NCBI GenBank assembly: GCA_964457555.1
Contig: CAYWHA010000015.1
Coordinates: forward strand, 7,834-71,833
Source: an uncultured Solibacteraceae bacterium
GTDB lineage: Bacteria; Acidobacteriota; Terriglobia; Bryobacterales; Bryobacteraceae
Reading direction: 5' to 3'
Length of the DNA: 64,000 nucleotides
Position 1 is the stretch's first letter, and the number at the start of each line of letters is the position of its first letter. Below are positions 1 through 9,605 of this stretch, one piece after another. A program made the position numbers and the translations under genes. The notes beneath the pieces were generated by a model, which was given only the letters and a program-made list of their open reading frames with translations, searched no databases and had not been told where the DNA came from.

Positions 1-1743
1 CCCCTGCCCCGTGTCGTCGCCTCCCAACTGCCGGACCACGACCCACTTGCCGTCCACGAACCGCCCCTCCTGCACATCGCCGAGCCCTACCGTCGCGGGT
101 CCCGGCGAGTTGGGCGTAAACGCAATCCGCATCCCACCCGAACCAGCGCACATGAAGAACTCGTCCGGCCCCGAAGCGACCAGAATCGCGTTGGCTTGCG
201 CCGGCCCTGGCTGCGCGCCCTGGCCGCCGCGTCCACCCGTCTGAGCTTGTGGCGGTCCCGTTTGTGCCGCCTGCCCGCGCCCGGCTGGAGCGGCCGGCTC
301 CGGCGCGATCGGCGCACGGCCCCTGCCAATGTAACTGAGGTTGAGCGTGTAGTCGCCCAGCCGGACACTCTTCGGCGCGTCCCCCTGATTCATGAGTACT
401 GTCGCAATCGTATCCTTTCCCTGTTGCGCCAGAATCGCAGGCGCCATCTCCGAGAGCACGCGGTAGGCCGCGGCCAGCTCGTTATCCGGCGCTACGCTCC
501 GCTCGATGCCGAACGGCGAAAACCCGATAGCGTTGTACTTGCCGACGGCCAGAAACGCATTGGCTGCGTTGGCGCTGGTCTCAGGAACGAAAAATGGATT
601 CCCGTTTCGCGTGAACCTTTGGGCGACCTCGTCGAAGTACTGCAAATAGAGGTCCGGCGCGAGGATGTCCACGGCCGGCGCGCCAGCGCGCCAGATGTCG
701 TGCACCTGCGGCAACGGCCCACCGCTCGGGTACGTCCCTGGCCACGCCATATTCGGCTGCTGCAGCCAGGCATTCACGTACATCGGGATGTTGTATTCCG
801 CCTTGCCTTGCTCTACCACCTTGTTCACGTACTTCGCATAGTTCCAAGCCATGAAGAACTCATCCGCCGGCCAGTGCAGCTTGCGCCAGCCGCTCTGGTA
901 CTCCTCCTGGCTCAGCGGAGGACTGTTGGTTTGAATGGGCATGTCCACGCTGTCGGGTTTGCCCGGCCCGAAAACTTCCTCCCACGTCCCGGAGGTTTTG
1001 GAGCCATTGGCCGTCCAGACCTCTTTAAGCTCCGGCGCCAACGTGTCCTTGTGCTGCTGGAGGTAGTCCATCAGTTCCTTCGGCACAGGTCCGGCGAATG
1101 CCTGGTTGGCCGCATCGGAGCGGTCGCGCGAGTCACGGAGCACGCCCACCTCGTTTTCCACCTGGATCATCAGGACGGTGTGCCGCGGGCCGTCCACTTC
1201 CTTGATGTGGCGCATCAGGGCCCGGAAAGCCCGCGCATCGGCGTCGCGGCTAGCGTTGCCAAACGTGCTGAGCAGTTCGATGCTCCTGCCCCCTTTGATC
1301 CGGATTCGCGGGTACTTCTTGTAGTCCCGCTTCACCCACGTTGGCGCGTAGCTGGAAAGGCCGTTTTTCCAACTCCCAAACCACAGAAACACGAGCTTCA
1401 AATTGTTGCGCCGGGCCTCCTGGATCAAGCCGTCCGTCAGCGCAAACTCGTACTTGCCTTCCGCCGGTTCCATCTGGGCCCAGGAGATGGCGGCCAGCAC
1501 GCAGTTCATGTTGCCCGCCACCAGCCGCGGCCAGATCGGCTGCATGTTCTCCAAACTGGTCGCCGTGTTGTTCCCCAACTCTCCCGTCAGCGCCAGAAAA
1601 GGCTTGCCGTCCACAATCAACTGCGTCGCCGTCCCCTGTTTCTGCAAGTGGGGGATTCCCGATGCGGCCTGTCCGTAGCAGGGGGCCGTAATCGCCGCGG
1701 CGCAACACGCCAGCGCGATCCGTGCGATGGTCATCGATTTCAT
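1..1743 (-). CDS. Secreted clan GH-A beta-galactosidase-like glycoside hydrolase (GH35/GH42-like, DUF5597-type), 3' end cut by window edge
   Basis: Absent from the ORF track because no stop codon lies inside the window. Manual reverse translation from ATG 1743-1741 gives MKSMTIARIALACCAAAITAPCYGQAASGIPHLQKQGTATQLIVDGKPFLALTGEL...FLWFGSWKNG...MIQVENEVG... and stays open for 581 codons to position 1. It is collinear with the paralog at 24607..26325. The + ORF 196..1797 is its antisense shadow. Confidence 0.75.
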   Translation of the reverse strand, partial: MKSMTIARIALACCAAAITAPCYGQAASGIPHLQKQGTATQLIVDGKPFLALTGELGNNTATSLENMQPIWPRLVAGNMNCVLAAISWAQMEPAEGKYEFALTDGLIQEARRNNLKLVFLWFGSWKNGLSSYAPTWVKRDYKKYPRIRIKGGRSIELLSTFGNASRDADARAFRALMRHIKEVDGPRHTVLMIQVENEVGVLRDSRDRSDAANQAFAGPVPKELMDYLQQHKDTLAPELKEVWTANGSKTSGTWEEVFGPGKPDSVDMPIQTNSPPLSQEEYQSGWRKLHWPADEFFMAWNYAKYVNKVVEQGKAEYNIPMYVNAWLQQPNMAWPGTYPSGGPLPQVHDIWRAGAPAVDILAPDLYLQYFDEVAQRFTRNGNPFFVPETSANAANAFLAVGKYNAIGFSPFGIERSVAPDNELAAAYRVLSEMAPAILAQQGKDTIATVLMNQGDAPKSVRLGDYTLNLSYIGRGRAPIAPEPAAPAGRGQAAQTGPPQAQTGGRGGQGAQPGPAQANAILVASGPDEFFMCAGSGGMRIAFTPNSPGPATVGLGDVQEGRFVDGKWVVVRQLGGDDTGQG

Positions 1744-1744
1744 G

Positions 1745-3442
1745 TCAATAAACCCCAAGTGAAACTCGCAATGCGATCGGTTCGGTGCGAAGGTTGAGGC
1801 CGTTGTCGGTTTCGTCGCCGTTCAGGATGCGAATAAACTTGAAGGCCCCGTTTTCGTAGGTCCCCTCTTCCGCGCGCATGAACTGGCGATGCTTATCCGC
1901 CTGCGTCTGCCGGAAATCGACGCGGCAGGAGGATCCAGCGACCAGGAACTGGTTGTCCGAGAGTTGCGCGACCAGCGCCCGTCCGGTTGGGTTCGCTGGA
2001 GTCACCGCGGCCTGCGCGCGCCCGCCCCGCCCGCCTCCGTAGGAGACGATCGCATTCCACGCCCCGAAATGCATCGTTTGCGTCGGCGCACCGGCTTCTT
2101 CCGCGACGGCCTGGAGCTTGCCCTCGTAATTCAGGCGGGCGACATCCCGCATCATCGGGCCGATAATCCTATAATTCTGCTCCGTGGGGGCGAATTGATC
2201 CTGAGGCCCGGGCGCCGCGGCGGTTGGAACTGCGGCGGGAGAACCGGCCTGGGGCGCCGCGGCCGGGAGAATCGTTGGAGCAGCGGGCGGAACGGAGGGA
2301 ACCGTGCTGTAGTCCAGGCCGAAGGGCGAGAAGCCGATGGCCTGAAGGCCGAGAGCGGAGAAGAAGAACCGCGAAACCTGCGCGCCCCCGCTGGTTTCGG
2401 GGACAAACAAGGGATTATCGTCACGGTGGTAGAGGTCCAGCACTTTCAGGTATGCGACCGGATCATTCATGTAAATGTCGGGCGCTTCGATATCGATGGC
2501 CGGGGCCGCGACTTTCCAGATGGGAATCACGTTATCGGTGGGCCCGCCGGCTTCATAGCTTCCGGGTGCGCCCGGCTTGATGGGATCGCGCAGCGCGGCA
2601 TTGGCGTAAAGCGGCAGCGCATAGACCGCCTTCCCCGCCGCCGCGACCTTCCCTACGTATGTGGCTACGGCCCAGGCGTGGAAGTTCACTTCGGCTTCCA
2701 CCCCGAAGGCATCCGTCCAGTTCGCCGGAGCGCCGGCCGGCTTGCCCATGGCCTTGAGCACTTCCGGCGGAACGGGCGCTTCGAAGAGCTTTTGGGCGGC
2801 CGGTGAATAGTCGCGCGTCGAGCCCCACGTGCCGGACTCGTTCTCCACCTGCACGATGATTACGGTGCGCTGCGCATCGAACGCCTTCAGGTGGCGCATG
2901 AACGCGGTGAACGCCCGGATATCCAGCTCCTGCGACGCGGTGCAGAACGGCGAGGGCGAATCCGCCGGCCGCCCGTTCTTGTCGATCAGGTGGAAGTACT
3001 TCGCCGGGTCCGCTTTCATCCACTCCGGCGTGTAGTGCTGGCTGCCGTTTTTCCAGGTACCGAACCATAGCAGGTCGAGGCGCACATGATGTTCGCGCGC
3101 CTGGGTGACGATGGTATCGACCACGGAGAAATCGAACTGTCCCTGATGGGCTTCGATCTGCTCCCAGTAGACGGGTATTTCCAGAGTATTGGCATGGAGG
3201 TATTCGATAGCGGGCCATACCTTCGGCAACATGCCCGGCCAGCCGCTCGAATTATGCGCCTGGGCGCCCAGCATCAGGAACGGCGCCCCATCCACCATCA
3301 AGGCGTAGCGCCCGTCCTTCTTCACCACCTGCGGGATGGGCCGCTCCTTCACCGGCGGTTGCTGCGCCGCGGCGCCAGAGATCGCCAGAAGAGCAACGAA
3401 CGTGGCCAGGCCGAGGCCGTTTGCAACATGCACGATATTCAT
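1745..3442 (-). CDS. Secreted clan GH-A beta-galactosidase-like glycoside hydrolase (GH35/GH42-like, DUF5597-type)
   Basis: ORF 1745..3577 trimmed to ATG 3442, which opens signal peptide MNIVHVANGLGLATFVALLAISGAAAQ. Motifs LLWFGTWKNG and IVQVENESG. Closest paralog is 38470..40209. Its stop lies 1 nt from the start of the downstream paralog. Confidence 0.8.
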   Translation of the reverse strand: MNIVHVANGLGLATFVALLAISGAAAQQPPVKERPIPQVVKKDGRYALMVDGAPFLMLGAQAHNSSGWPGMLPKVWPAIEYLHANTLEIPVYWEQIEAHQGQFDFSVVDTIVTQAREHHVRLDLLWFGTWKNGSQHYTPEWMKADPAKYFHLIDKNGRPADSPSPFCTASQELDIRAFTAFMRHLKAFDAQRTVIIVQVENESGTWGSTRDYSPAAQKLFEAPVPPEVLKAMGKPAGAPANWTDAFGVEAEVNFHAWAVATYVGKVAAAGKAVYALPLYANAALRDPIKPGAPGSYEAGGPTDNVIPIWKVAAPAIDIEAPDIYMNDPVAYLKVLDLYHRDDNPLFVPETSGGAQVSRFFFSALGLQAIGFSPFGLDYSTVPSVPPAAPTILPAAAPQAGSPAAVPTAAAPGPQDQFAPTEQNYRIIGPMMRDVARLNYEGKLQAVAEEAGAPTQTMHFGAWNAIVSYGGGRGGRAQAAVTPANPTGRALVAQLSDNQFLVAGSSCRVDFRQTQADKHRQFMRAEEGTYENGAFKFIRILNGDETDNGLNLRTEPIALRVSLGVY

Positions 3443-3486
3443 GTCGGACGAAGTCCTTTCCGTTGAACGAGTTGTTGGATCGCGAT

Positions 3487-5691
3487 CTACAATCCCACGC
3501 CGATCGCCTGTTGAAGCTTGATGTCGGCCGAGGAGCCTCCCACCATCAGGTTGACCTTCTCGTCCTCCACCACCCACTGTTTCTTCTGCTCATCCCAGTA
3601 GGCCAGGTCCTTGGCCTTGAGCGGGAACAAGACGATCTTCGTCTCGCCGGCCTTCAGGGCGACGCGTTGAAAGCCTTTAAGTTCTTTGATGGGCCGCTCG
3701 ACCTTGGATCCCATGTGCGTCACGTACAACTGAACCACCTCCTGGCCGTCCCGTTTGCCGGTATTGCGAACGTTGACGGTCACGTTCATCTGGCCGTCTT
3801 TGGCCATATGCGAGGAACTGGGGCGAAGGTTCGAGTAAGCGAACGTGGTGTAACTCAATCCGAAGCCGAATGGATACAGCGGCCGACCCTTGAAGTACAT
3901 GTAGGTCCGCCCATTGCGGATGTTGTAGTCCATCATGGGCGGCAAATCGTCGACCGATTTCACCCAGGTTTGCACCAAACGCCCGGCGGGGTTGTAGTCG
4001 CCAAAGATAACGTCGGCTAGAGCGTTGCCTTCTTCCTGGCTGTTGTGGGCCATGTGCACGATGGCGGGCACGTTCTCCTGGGCCCAGTTGATGGCGAACG
4101 GAAAGCTGGCCTTGAGCACCACGATGGTCCGCGGATTAGCCTTGAACACGTCCTTGATCAATTGTTCCTGCGCGGGTTGTAGGTCGATGGAAACCCGATC
4201 GATGCTTTCCTTGCCCTCGCTGGGGTCGCACTTGCCACCGTACGACATGGTTTCGCAGGTCGGGTGGTTGCCGACCACAACGATGGCGACATCGGAGGCC
4301 TTGGCCGCTTCGGCCGCCGCATTGTTGTCGTTGTTGAGGGCGAAATTCACCTTGACGCCATCGCCGACTTTGTTCTTGATGCCGTCGAGCGGGGTAATCG
4401 AATAGGGGTACGAGCCGCTATACCAGTCCCAGGCGACGTCGTTGGACCGCTGGCCGATCACCGCAATGGACCTCAGCTTGGACTTGTCCAAAGGCAGCAG
4501 GTTGTTCTGATTCTTCAGCAGCACGATCGCTTCTTGCGTCACCTGGCGGGCCAGCAGCTTGTTCTCCTCCCTCGCCGGAGGCTCCACGCCGTCTTTGATC
4601 TTGGTGTAGGGAACCATCTCGGGAGGATCGAGCATTCCGAGTTGAATCATCACCCGAAAGCTGCCTCTGATGACTTCCTCAATCTCCGGCATGGTGATGA
4701 TGTTCTTCTGGAGCGCCTGATTGACGGCGTCCTTGTATATGCCGTCGAGAAACTGGTTGATGCCCACTTTGATGGCGCCCGCCGCGGCCGTGGGCAGGTC
4801 CGGAAAGTACTTGTGAGCCCTCACCATGGCGTCGAGAGAACCGGCGTCCGTGGTGATGATGTGATTCACGCCCCACTCCTTGATGGTGATGTCCTTCAGG
4901 ATCGGCTGGGCGGTCATGGGAATGCCGTTCATGCCGTTGTACGCGGCCATGTAAGAGCGTGCTCCCGCTTCGACGCCCATGCGGAACGGCACGGAGTAAT
5001 ATTCGCGCAAGAGCCGCTCGTCGAAGTTGGAGGACGATCCCATGCGGCCCTTCTCATTGCTGTTGGCCAGGAAGTGCTTCAATAGCGCGGCGGTCTGCCA
5101 GTACTTGCGATCATCGCCCTGGAGGCCGCGCACGAACGCGGCGGTCAGCGTGCCATTGAGGTAGGCATCCTCGCCGTAGCACTCTTCATTTCTGCCCCAG
5201 CGGATGTCCCGGCCGAGGTCCGAGTTCGGCGCGCGGACAATCAGGGACTGGGAGCCGCCGCGGCTGTACTTCGCGGTTTGGTTAAACCAGCGCGCTTCGT
5301 AGCCTTCCTCGGCGGCCGCCTTCTGGAGAAGATCGGCGTCCCAGGTCTCCCCAAGCCCGATGGACTGAATGAAGGTCGTCGTCGCTGTGCCATTGGGAGG
5401 TTTGCCTCGTGACAGTCCATGTAAGCCTTCTCCCTGGTTGTAACCTTTGATCCCGAGGCGGGTCAAAGTGGGACCGGGGCCGCCGCGCCCGCCGCCAAGG
5501 TAGTAGTTCGCGCCTAGAACGTCGACCTTCTCGGCCGGGGTCAACAGGGAAATGATGTTCGTGACCCTTTCCTCCATCGGGAGGCTGGGGTTCTGGAATG
5601 GATACTGATACTGCGTTTGGGCGGGCGTCTGGGCAACCCCGGCAACGATCCCGAAACCCAAAGCGCTCAACCATACTGTGACTAGTTTCAT
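3487..5691 (-). CDS. Glycoside hydrolase family 3 (beta-glucosidase/beta-xylosidase type), secreted
   Basis: ORF 3487..5724 trimmed to ATG 5691. GGAGG sits 7 nt upstream (5699-5703) and the signal peptide is MKLVTVWLSALGFGIVAGVAQ. GH3-like motifs KHFLANSNE, GRNEECYGEDAYL and PLYPFGFGLSYTTF. Confidence 0.85.
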   Translation of the reverse strand: MKLVTVWLSALGFGIVAGVAQTPAQTQYQYPFQNPSLPMEERVTNIISLLTPAEKVDVLGANYYLGGGRGGPGPTLTRLGIKGYNQGEGLHGLSRGKPPNGTATTTFIQSIGLGETWDADLLQKAAAEEGYEARWFNQTAKYSRGGSQSLIVRAPNSDLGRDIRWGRNEECYGEDAYLNGTLTAAFVRGLQGDDRKYWQTAALLKHFLANSNEKGRMGSSSNFDERLLREYYSVPFRMGVEAGARSYMAAYNGMNGIPMTAQPILKDITIKEWGVNHIITTDAGSLDAMVRAHKYFPDLPTAAAGAIKVGINQFLDGIYKDAVNQALQKNIITMPEIEEVIRGSFRVMIQLGMLDPPEMVPYTKIKDGVEPPAREENKLLARQVTQEAIVLLKNQNNLLPLDKSKLRSIAVIGQRSNDVAWDWYSGSYPYSITPLDGIKNKVGDGVKVNFALNNDNNAAAEAAKASDVAIVVVGNHPTCETMSYGGKCDPSEGKESIDRVSIDLQPAQEQLIKDVFKANPRTIVVLKASFPFAINWAQENVPAIVHMAHNSQEEGNALADVIFGDYNPAGRLVQTWVKSVDDLPPMMDYNIRNGRTYMYFKGRPLYPFGFGLSYTTFAYSNLRPSSSHMAKDGQMNVTVNVRNTGKRDGQEVVQLYVTHMGSKVERPIKELKGFQRVALKAGETKIVLFPLKAKDLAYWDEQKKQWVVEDEKVNLMVGGSSADIKLQQAIGVGL

Positions 5692-5705
5692 GCCCGTTCC
5701 TCCTG

Positions 5706-7991
5706 TTAGAAGAACACCTTCCACTCGACGTCTTGACCGGTCGTCGATAGATAGTCCACGGTTGTCAGACTGCCGTCAGCCGCGATCTTCGGCGTCAGTC
5801 CCCCGGACAGTTCCACGCGCTTCGCGGAGAAGCCATCCGGAACATAAATACGCAATTGATAAGGGTCGCCCGCCACCGCGCGCGAAACGCCGTGAAGCGT
5901 CCGCTGCGAGCCATCCCAGGCGAGGTCCTTGATGTCGAACGCCATCTGCCGGACATGCCGGCTGGTCGAGATGAGCGTCGGGTGGTCTTGCTTCTCGACG
6001 ATGCTGTAGATGTCGCAGTCGTACGCGTTCAGCGGGCGCGTCGCGAAGCTGCCCTTGAAAGTCCCAATCAGTTTCTTGCTCCAAAATTCATAGACGATAT
6101 ACTCCTTGTTCGGGTCCAGACGCAGGTCCTTCGCCGCATCGAGCGAGGTCGTGAACGGCCGGCTGCCCGCGCCGGTGTAATTGAATACGGCCAGAACGTT
6201 CCATCTTCCAAACGGCCGTGCCACGGGCATATTCCAGACGCGCGCCGGCCGCCGGACGAATAAATCCACGGGATAGGAAACATCCATGGTGGGCGGGCTG
6301 ATCCGTTTCAGCAACTCAATCCGGTCGGCCGGATAGGGCACATTCAAGGCTTCCGATAAGAAAAGCGTATTTCCCGCAATCGCGTGAAAGTTGGCATCCA
6401 CCTTGCCCTGGGCATAAGTGAAGTCCTGTTTGTCCGGCGCGGCGTACTTGAAGATATGGAATCCGTCGGCGTCGTTCCAGAAGACGCGGCCGTTGTAGAA
6501 AAACCGGTTCGCGGATCCCAGCACGGATTCCGTCAACAGTCCCGTGAATTCCTTTCCCGCCAGGGACGATCCCGGCTCCTCGTACCCTTGATCGGCATCC
6601 TCCGAGATCCGGCAGATGTCCACAATCCCGTAGGAATGATCGACGGGCTGCATATTGGAACGGATGACCATTCGCGGGGCCTTCTGGTCGATCGCCTCGC
6701 GCCAGAGCATTCCATCCGCGCGATAGGTTTCAAGCCCGCTCATGAAGGGATCGTACTGTCCCGGCCAGGAGTCCCACCAGTCGGCAAAATCCATCTCCGC
6801 CCGCCCGGTGCTCTTCTCCTGACCCGCGATCCACTGAAGAATCCGGTCACGCTCCAGCTTGACAGTCAGGGGATTGGAGAAATCGATCACCCGTTCGCCG
6901 CCGTACTTGACGGTGTGTACCGGCAGATAGCATTCGGCCGGATAATTCACGCGGGCGGGGCGGCCTTGAGTGCCTCCGCCCATGCCATATATCCCAAAGC
7001 TCCCCTGCGGACCGGGGCCGCCCATGCCCCAGTAGAAATCGACCAGGCCATTATCCTTGAAGAACTTCGCGGCGCTCGCGTTGTTGCCTCCCGACATCCA
7101 TCCGTGGAAGCGGCTGTAGTCGTTCGCTACCCACTCCCGGTCGTCCAGATCGATCGGCCGCCGCTGCTTGAGCCGTATGTCATGGGCGATGGCGATCAGG
7201 TCCGCCTGATGCTCCATGGCGCGAAGCGCGTCTTGATTGAAGTCGATAAGCAGCTTCTCTCCGGCGAAGCTCTTGCCGGGGGGTACCACGATCTTGTAGG
7301 CGCAATATCCCCGGACGTACATGCGGTCGGCGGCCTTGGCACCCCAACCGGACCTCACATCGAACCGGGCGGCTCCCTTGAAGGCCGTCACATGTCCCAT
7401 CAACAGGCTGTTGCCCGTGTCGGCATCCCGAATCACGTGATTCACCTCGTAGGTCTTGGTGGCAATCAGATTTATCACGGATAGGAGATCGTATAGGTCG
7501 CGGTTGCGGGAGTGAGTTCCAAGCGAAATCCATTTGTCCTCGGCCCCGCCCAGGCGCGCATCGGCGGAGGCAAAATAAGTCATCTCGCCGACGTCGACCG
7601 CTTTGCCCGTCCTGTTCGTGCGGCCCAGGCTGACCAGGATGTCGTTCCCGGTCCTGCTGACCGAGAGGCGATACTCGAAATCGAGCTGCCCGGGTTTCTT
7701 CCCGCGTAGCGTTACCGTGGTGAACGATCCGAGACTGTTGGAGTCGTTGTTATCGACCGAGGATGTCACGGCCCAGCCGGCTGGATCGTCGCCAGGAAGA
7801 AAATAGACGTCGTTCAGCACCATTGGCGTCCCTTTGACCTCCGCCGACCAGCGGCAGGCCGTTGGGTCAACCGTGACCAGCAGGTTCCCGGCGTCCATCT
7901 TGATTCGCGTCGCCGCATGGACCGGCTGGAATGGAAAGAGAGCCAGCGCGGCGAACAATCCCGCCGCGCTTAGGTCGGTTTTCTTGTACAT
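5706..7991 (-). CDS. Secreted hypothetical glycoside hydrolase, alpha-galactosidase-like (GH36/GH27 clan-like; function tentative)
   Basis: 761-aa ORF with signal peptide MYKKTDLSAAGLFAALALFPFQPVHA. Motifs AEMDFADWW and FWNDADGF resemble the KWDxN nucleophile and NDPD acid/base regions of clan GH-D enzymes. It sits inside a co-directional glycosidase operon. Confidence 0.55.
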   Translation of the reverse strand: MYKKTDLSAAGLFAALALFPFQPVHAATRIKMDAGNLLVTVDPTACRWSAEVKGTPMVLNDVYFLPGDDPAGWAVTSSVDNNDSNSLGSFTTVTLRGKKPGQLDFEYRLSVSRTGNDILVSLGRTNRTGKAVDVGEMTYFASADARLGGAEDKWISLGTHSRNRDLYDLLSVINLIATKTYEVNHVIRDADTGNSLLMGHVTAFKGAARFDVRSGWGAKAADRMYVRGYCAYKIVVPPGKSFAGEKLLIDFNQDALRAMEHQADLIAIAHDIRLKQRRPIDLDDREWVANDYSRFHGWMSGGNNASAAKFFKDNGLVDFYWGMGGPGPQGSFGIYGMGGGTQGRPARVNYPAECYLPVHTVKYGGERVIDFSNPLTVKLERDRILQWIAGQEKSTGRAEMDFADWWDSWPGQYDPFMSGLETYRADGMLWREAIDQKAPRMVIRSNMQPVDHSYGIVDICRISEDADQGYEEPGSSLAGKEFTGLLTESVLGSANRFFYNGRVFWNDADGFHIFKYAAPDKQDFTYAQGKVDANFHAIAGNTLFLSEALNVPYPADRIELLKRISPPTMDVSYPVDLFVRRPARVWNMPVARPFGRWNVLAVFNYTGAGSRPFTTSLDAAKDLRLDPNKEYIVYEFWSKKLIGTFKGSFATRPLNAYDCDIYSIVEKQDHPTLISTSRHVRQMAFDIKDLAWDGSQRTLHGVSRAVAGDPYQLRIYVPDGFSAKRVELSGGLTPKIAADGSLTTVDYLSTTGQDVEWKVFF

Positions 7992-8009
7992 AGTTCCCTT
8001 TTCGCTACC

Positions 8010-9458
8010 CTACAACTTCCACCCCGCCCGGTAAGACGGAGTGACGTATTGACTTGCCTGAGCGTCGTTGCTCACCCGCATCGCGCCGGCGTCCCATTCG
8101 AGCGTCTTGCCGGTGCGGAGCGCCAGAGTCCCGAGTAAAGCCACTTCCGTGAGCTGACAGGCGAACTCAATCGGCAGGGCGGTGGGCACGCCGGCTTTGC
8201 AAGATCGGGTCCAATCGGTATAGTGGTCGGCCCTCTCGCAGCGCGGCAGTGTTTTCGGAGGCTGCTGGAAATCCCTGAACTTGCTTTCGGGCAGCAAGAG
8301 ACCGCCAGGCAGCCCGCGAGCCGCAGTCCCTCCGCTGAGAGGCCTTCCGAACGGGGCAAAAGGGTTGCCGCCATAGTAGCTGCTCATCAACTTGCCTTGG
8401 TCGCCCACGAAGAGAACACCTTCGCGGGGCATGGCCGTGCCGTGGTCAAGTTCGGCTGGCCGCGGCGGCTTAATGCCTCCGTCATAGAAGAACATCTTCA
8501 GCGGCGGCATCTCGCCTCGCGCCGGGTACTCCCACAAAATCATATTGGCGGAACCTTCGGTTTCCGGCGTCGGAGTCTCCTTGCTCATGTCTTCGTAACG
8601 GGTCGAACGATACCCGTAAATGAGCGATGGCGCCTGAAGCCGCAGTTCTTCGAAATACGTGTGGAGCGTGTGGCACCCCATGTCGCCGACATCGGCGGTC
8701 CCAAAATCCCACCAGGCGCGCCAGTTTGCCGGATGGTACGCCTTGTTGTAGGGCCGGAAGGGCGCCGGGCCGATCCACAGATCCCAATCCATTCCGGCCG
8801 GAGGCGTCCCGGCGCCGGTTGGGCGGGTCAACGAGCAGGGATAGATGGGGTGAAACGTCCAGATGTGAATCTCGCGGATGGGGCCGAGCACGCCGGTATT
8901 CAGAATCTCCGTGGTGCTCCGGGCATAATCGGTGCGGGAATCCTGGATGCTGCCCTTCGTGACGATCTCCTTAGCCGCCAACAGCGCCTTCCGTACCGTT
9001 CGCACCTCGCCGATCGAGTGGGCGACCGGCTTGGCGCAGTAGATGTGCTTCTTCATGCCGATAGCAGCCATCAGCAGAATGGCGTGCATGTGGTCCGGGA
9101 CGGCGATGATCAGGGCATCGAAATTGCGGGACTCTCTATCGAACATCTCCCGGTAATCGTGGTAGCGGCGGGCGGCGGGATAGGCGTCGAAGACCTTGGC
9201 GGCGTAATTGTGGTCCAAATCGCAAAGGGCGACAATCTCTTCTTGCTTGCACGCTTCCAGATAATTGCGGCCCATGCCGCCGATCCCCACCGCGGCGATG
9301 GCCAGTGTGTCGCTGGGCGCCTGATAACCGGCGCCGCCCAAAACACGCCGGGGAACCACCAGCGGGGCCAGACCGGCCACAACCGCTCGGCGCGACAGCG
9401 CCACGTTCGGTCCTTCACCGAGTTTTGTCGTTAGCACACCACATAGTAAGTCCAACAC
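8010..9458 (-). CDS. Tat-signal Gfo/Idh/MocA family oxidoreductase (paralog 1)
   Basis: Has LSRRAVVAGLAPLVVPRRVLGG followed by the Rossmann motif IAAVGIGGMGRNY. Collinear with 10546..12012 and 28197..29798. The exact start is uncertain; an internal GTG near 9437 is possible. Confidence 0.85.
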   Translation of the reverse strand: MLDLLCGVLTTKLGEGPNVALSRRAVVAGLAPLVVPRRVLGGAGYQAPSDTLAIAAVGIGGMGRNYLEACKQEEIVALCDLDHNYAAKVFDAYPAARRYHDYREMFDRESRNFDALIIAVPDHMHAILLMAAIGMKKHIYCAKPVAHSIGEVRTVRKALLAAKEIVTKGSIQDSRTDYARSTTEILNTGVLGPIREIHIWTFHPIYPCSLTRPTGAGTPPAGMDWDLWIGPAPFRPYNKAYHPANWRAWWDFGTADVGDMGCHTLHTYFEELRLQAPSLIYGYRSTRYEDMSKETPTPETEGSANMILWEYPARGEMPPLKMFFYDGGIKPPRPAELDHGTAMPREGVLFVGDQGKLMSSYYGGNPFAPFGRPLSGGTAARGLPGGLLLPESKFRDFQQPPKTLPRCERADHYTDWTRSCKAGVPTALPIEFACQLTEVALLGTLALRTGKTLEWDAGAMRVSNDAQASQYVTPSYRAGWKL

Positions 9459-9605
9459 TACCGTTGCGCCAGATCCACCGGTCGATTCCGCACCAAGTTA
9501 CGGTAAAACGCCTGAGGTAACGTTACGTAGCGGTAACTGTACAGCCGTTTCGGGTCCGAATCGCCATATATAGGCTATAGTGCTAGTGATTTCAAGGAAA
9601 CCTGC

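Noticed and set aside
196-1797. 533-aa + strand ORF, the longest ORF listed for the first 1.8 kb
   Set aside because: Arg/Pro/His-rich nonsense composition. It is the antisense shadow of a well-supported minus-strand GH35/42-like gene (1..1743), which the track misses because its stop lies outside the window.
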